DNA of 64,000 bases from Macrostomum lignano (lineage: Eukaryota): NCBI GenBank assembly GCA_002269645.1, contig NIVC01000130.1, forward strand, positions 62,001 to 126,000. The letters run 5' to 3'. Under the pieces are notes generated by a model, which saw nothing but the letters and a program-made list of their open reading frames with translations, was not told the origin of the DNA and did not search any database. A program made the position numbers and the translations under genes. The first letter of the stretch is position 1. Each line of letters starts with the position of its first letter. This document shows positions 60,201 through 64,000 of the stretch, one piece after another.

Positions 60201-61378
60201 ACAGCTGGTACTCATGTTGAAGACAGACACCAAAATTCTGAGGCATCATTGGCTTTAATTGCAAGTGAGGAACAGCGTGCCTTACCACCGGAACTACTTC
60301 CTCAAGTTCTTCAGGCTCATGAATCAGCAAAGGCAGCAAGTGCAAACGATCCCACAAATTCCAAGCCTCTCACACTGGCTGAATTTCAGGAAGGAATGGG
60401 TAAGGTTTAATTATTTCTTTCTTGTGCTTTTGTTTTTATGCTTTATTCTCATTATCTCAGTGTAATACAACTTTTTTACTCACAAATCCTGCATTTCGTG
60501 CTGCTTATGTAATCACTATCAGTATAGTACAAATGTGAAACACCAAATGTTTCAGACAGTTTGAAGCGGTTCATCGCTCACAAACTGAGGAAGATTCGCA
60601 CTTCATCATCCAGCTTGCATCAAATGGTATCAGCTGATTTCCTTAAGGAGGTAGGTTTCTCAGTTTCTGTGCAAATTAATTTACTTTCTTTACTAACCAT
60701 TTACTATAAAATTATTATATGCTTTACTTTGCCATTTTACTTTACTGTTTTTCTTATTTTTCGCTCTTCTTCATGTGGCTTGACGTTTTCACATTTCACT
60801 GACATTTATCATGACATAATCCAAACAATCGGTCCTGAGTACCAATTTTCTTTGTACTTTTTCGTAGGAATTTGAAGGCCACGATGGGCGAGTTTGCAAT
60901 TTCTCAGATCTGCCTCGTACAACGACGTCGAAGTTCATCAGGGCATATGCTTCTGCGAGGTATGGCGTCGAGTATGTGCAATCGCATGTTTTCGGAGAGT
61001 ACAAAGGCACGACACAAAGGCCAAAGGCTCCAGGAGAAGTGCAAGACCATCTTAAGAGTAAGCGATACAATTTCTTTGCAACTGAATGTTTTTTGGCAAC
61101 TGACTTAGTATTGTGGGCATTAGATGGATGCAGGTCATTCTATATAGTCTTTTAAAGCTAAAAATTCAAACTGGCTCACTGTAGCCATTCCATTGTTGGA
61201 AAATGTTTGTGTGAATTTGCTGCTACTATAAAATCTTTCTTAAAAAAAACTAGGCATTCTGAACAAGGCCTTCAATATCCCGAGGGATCAAACGGTTTCT
61301 GCGTGGACAGCCGTCAAAGACTCTCTGAATCGACTTGGTCCAGAGTCAACCTTCCGCAAGCGAAAGGCCGGTGATTAG
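57229..61378 (+). CDS. Putative CACTA accessory protein, ~390 aa, with an acidic/low-complexity middle and a possible BEN-like C-terminus. Exons 57229-57426, 59835-60399, 60556-60650, 60868-61057, 61254-61378
   Basis: Five phase-compatible GT-AG exons giving an open 1173-nt CDS. C-terminus ...HVFGEYKGTTQRPK...SAWTAVKDSLNRLG..RKRK. Confidence 0.55.
57990..59239 (-). mobile_element. Full-length mariner (DD34D), 1250 bp, nested in intron 1 of the accessory gene
   Basis: About 29-bp TIR ttgggctgttaggaaaattctgtccgttt / aaacggacagaactttcctaacaacccaa. TA TSD on both sides. Confidence 0.95.
58064..59095 (-). pseudogene. Mariner transposase, 343 codons, with a single in-frame TAG at 58502-58504
   Basis: WTPHDL, TGDEKW, HDNARPH and YSPDLAPTDY (34 residues between D2 and D3). 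The two listed ORFs share one frame, and CCW*D replaces CCWWD. Confidence 0.93.
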
Positions 61379-61803
61379 ACTGACGGCTAAACGTGTGTCG
61401 CAATATTTTAACTGAAGATGCAATCACCCAACTGCCATTCGACATGTAACAAACTATAACGTTTTTGAACTGAATCGATCCCTATTTTACGTTATCTGCG
61501 CTAAAGTCAAACTCTTACTCTGTAGTGTTTTTTTAATATAAAATGAAGCGACTACCTTAATTATTTTTTTAGAATAATAACTGTTGCGTTTGAAAAGTGT
61601 TGGCACTCTTTGTATGGGTAGTTAGGATACCCTTAATGATTTCCGTAGTCGTTCAAAATGTATATATGTGGAAGAATCTAAACTCCTTCAACTTTAACGC
61701 CACCGAGCTAATTTATTCCACTTCATTTCATATTTATCGATAGATGATGGTGCACATTCTTATTTCGATGGCACGGGTACGTAATTTTCTCCAAACTTTT
61801 CAG

Positions 61804-64000
61804 TCTATCCTAACACTCGTAGAACTGAAGTTGAAATTATGAGTTCGTCGTCGGAAAGTCTGTCCTCTGGGTCGTCGGAAAGTCTGTCCTCTGGGTCGTC
61901 GGAAAGTCTGTCCTCTGGGTCGTCATATGTCTCGATGTCGGTTGATTCAAGTACACATTCGATTGACACATCCATGGGTGAATACAGCGATTCGAGCTCT
62001 TCCGCTGCAATTCAAGCAAACGTCGGCGAGCAACCGACTATTGCAATTCCTGCTGATGACGAGAATGAAGTGCAGGCAGCTGGTCCATCTGATATCGAGC
62101 ACCCTGAAATATTTTCTGCGGATGAGGATAGTAACCTTCTTTCTGTCTTTTGTATCCAAGGTATCTCTATGGAGGTCAAATGTGCCCTTCTAATGTTGTG
62201 GATGATCTTGTCGAACGTTTCCAAGAAAGCTGTTAAAAACATGCTTCGCCTCATTTCCATTCTGTCTCCTCGCGCTGCTTTACCTACATCTTACAAAGCA
62301 ATGGAAGCGGTTCTGCTTCGTTCATTCATTTTAAAACCGGACTTCGTTGTGAAAGTTTGTTTAGCGTGTCTACTTATAAACTGTAGTGAACATCCAGTCG
62401 ACTCTTTCGAGGGACTATGGCTCTTAAATGTAAACCATCAGGTGGAGCTTACAGTTGAAAGGCATTTAAATGATATTTTATCTTACCAGCGTGAGCTAAG
62501 GCGAGGATTTCAAACTGACATTCTGAACTCTGCTGTTAGCAATGAACTAGAAACCGGCTCATCTCCTGACATTTTTCACTTGTATTTTCTTCTTTCGGCT
62601 GACGGAGCAAACTTCTTTAAAGTTTCTGAAATGTCTGTGTGGCCTTTCTGTGCACTGTGCCTCAATTTGCCTGTTAGATTACGCCAGAAGTTTGTCAACA
62701 TTATCACAATCGCTTTGTTTACCAATCGAGGAAAGCCGAATTTTGAAAAGTTTTTGCCTACTATTTTAAATCGCTTGCCTTCGTGTGTAAAAGTAAGGAA
62801 TGTGACGTTTTTTCTTCACTTCTCGTTTTTTACCTGCGATTTGCCCGCTTTATCTCACCTTTTTGGAATCAAGCAATTCAACGGACAATTTGCTTGTCCC
62901 AGATGCATCCTACCTGGCAAGTCTCTAAAGGTGTCAGAAAAAGGCCAAGTTCGTGTCTTCCCCGCTGTCCATGGAATTCCGCTTCGAACTAATGCCATGC
63001 ATGCGCAGCATCTCACAGTTCTCAAGGCTCAAGGGCTTAAGGATTATTTTGGAATCAAACGCGAAACTGCTCTTCTCAAAATCATTCGTTTTCCAGAAAA
63101 TTTCATTGTTGATTCTATGCATTGTCTCTGGGAAGGTCAAGTAAAACACATTCTAGCCTTCTTGACTGATTCTAAGACTAAAAGCTGCAATCCCAATCAT
63201 TACCGTGTGCTAGGCTCAGCATCTGTCAATGTAATCGACTCTCAGATTATGCAACTGAAACTTCCCCAAGGTATTAGCAATGTTCCTCCAATTAGTCAGC
63301 TCTCACTTTGGAAAGCGAAAACATACAAGATTTTTGCTCTGTATCTGTTTCCATCAATTCTGCTTCCACGAATCGAAAATCCCGAACTTAGGGGCCTGCT
63401 CCTTCTTCTTAATTCTATTTATAACTTGCTGTACTCGCAAAATTCTTGTGTTTCAACTTTAAAACGTCTGTGCAATATGTTTCTTAACCTGTGTCCTGAG
63501 TTTTTTGGCGAACGTGTTATGCTTCTTAATTTTCATCTTCTCTATCATCTACCCGACCAGTATGAACGATTTGGTCCTCTGTATTGTGCATCAATGTTTC
63601 CCTTTGAGTCAGCTATGCATGGCTTTAATATGCTTCATTTTGGCAGTCGATTTCATGGAAAGCAAATTTCCGAAAAGTTTTTCTGGCTAAAAGTGCTATT
63701 GTATTCACTGCAACCTGCTGCAGGCTCCAATCCCTCAATTTCTGATGCACTCCTTGTCATCGCTAAGCACTACTGCAATCCTCCTGAGCGCGAAAATCGA
63801 ACTCTAGGCGCTTCTGGGGGTAAAATTTTAACAACCACTTCTGCGGATTGCACTTTAAAAACATGTAGTTCGTATGTCCTGGATGTATCAAATTCATATT
63901 TTGCTATTAATCATTTTGCCGATAGCAAAATCTTTGGCTCTTTTCTGACTCCACAATGTCGTTTAATCGACTTACTGTTCAATGCTGTTCCGGATTTTAC
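61804..64000 (+). CDS. CACTA/EnSpm-type transposase, open to the window end (missing from the ORF track because it has no stop). Exon starts 61804, in-frame ATG at 61839
   Basis: Manual translation gives about 720 stop-free codons with SADGANFF..SVWP, TCDLPA, KQFNGQFACPRC, VDSMH, WKAKTY and NFHLLYHL..FGPLYCASMFPFES. Confidence 0.88.

Larger units (their letters stand above)
56553..64000 (+). mobile_element. CACTA/EnSpm (CMC) DNA transposon with two genes; left end tentative, right end outside the window
   Basis: Transposase plus a multi-exon accessory gene. Candidate CCC terminus at 56553, followed by repeated gcatt subterminal motifs. Confidence 0.6.

Overview
This is eukaryotic, intron-rich animal DNA. 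The GC-rich exons, very dense intronic minisatellites and the insertion-bearing EF1-alpha point to a flatworm, probably Macrostomum-like (inference). Reconstructed host genes: the last exon of CAND1; two tandem, nearly identical EF1-alpha genes; an 8-exon secreted protein between them (signal peptide, 5 CUB domains, 24x PEATTRT mucin-like stalk, Cys-heptad tail); an 8-exon NAGPA (uncovering enzyme) head-to-head with a 7-exon ANKRD60-like gene; and the 3' part of an OXR1/NCOA7 (LysM-GRAM-TLDc) gene. Most of the larger introns carry their own minisatellite. Mobile DNA: an RTE fragment, several hAT-like and Tc1-like MITEs, tRNA-SINE copies, a 2.1-kb solo-LTR-like element, a mariner with one nonsense codon, and a two-gene CACTA/EnSpm element whose open transposase runs off the window. 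The best leads are: (i) a Crypton-like tyrosine-recombinase remnant bounded by CCATAGAC/GTCTATGG ends, a motif that recurs in mini-elements and minisatellites across the window; (ii) a 77-nt tandem repeat carrying hammerhead-ribozyme core motifs; (iii) the CUB-mucin-Cys-heptad protein; (iv) inverted satellite arrays flanking one NAGPA exon. Exon boundaries and family assignments were made by eye from splice signals, frame continuity and remembered motifs. No database search was run.
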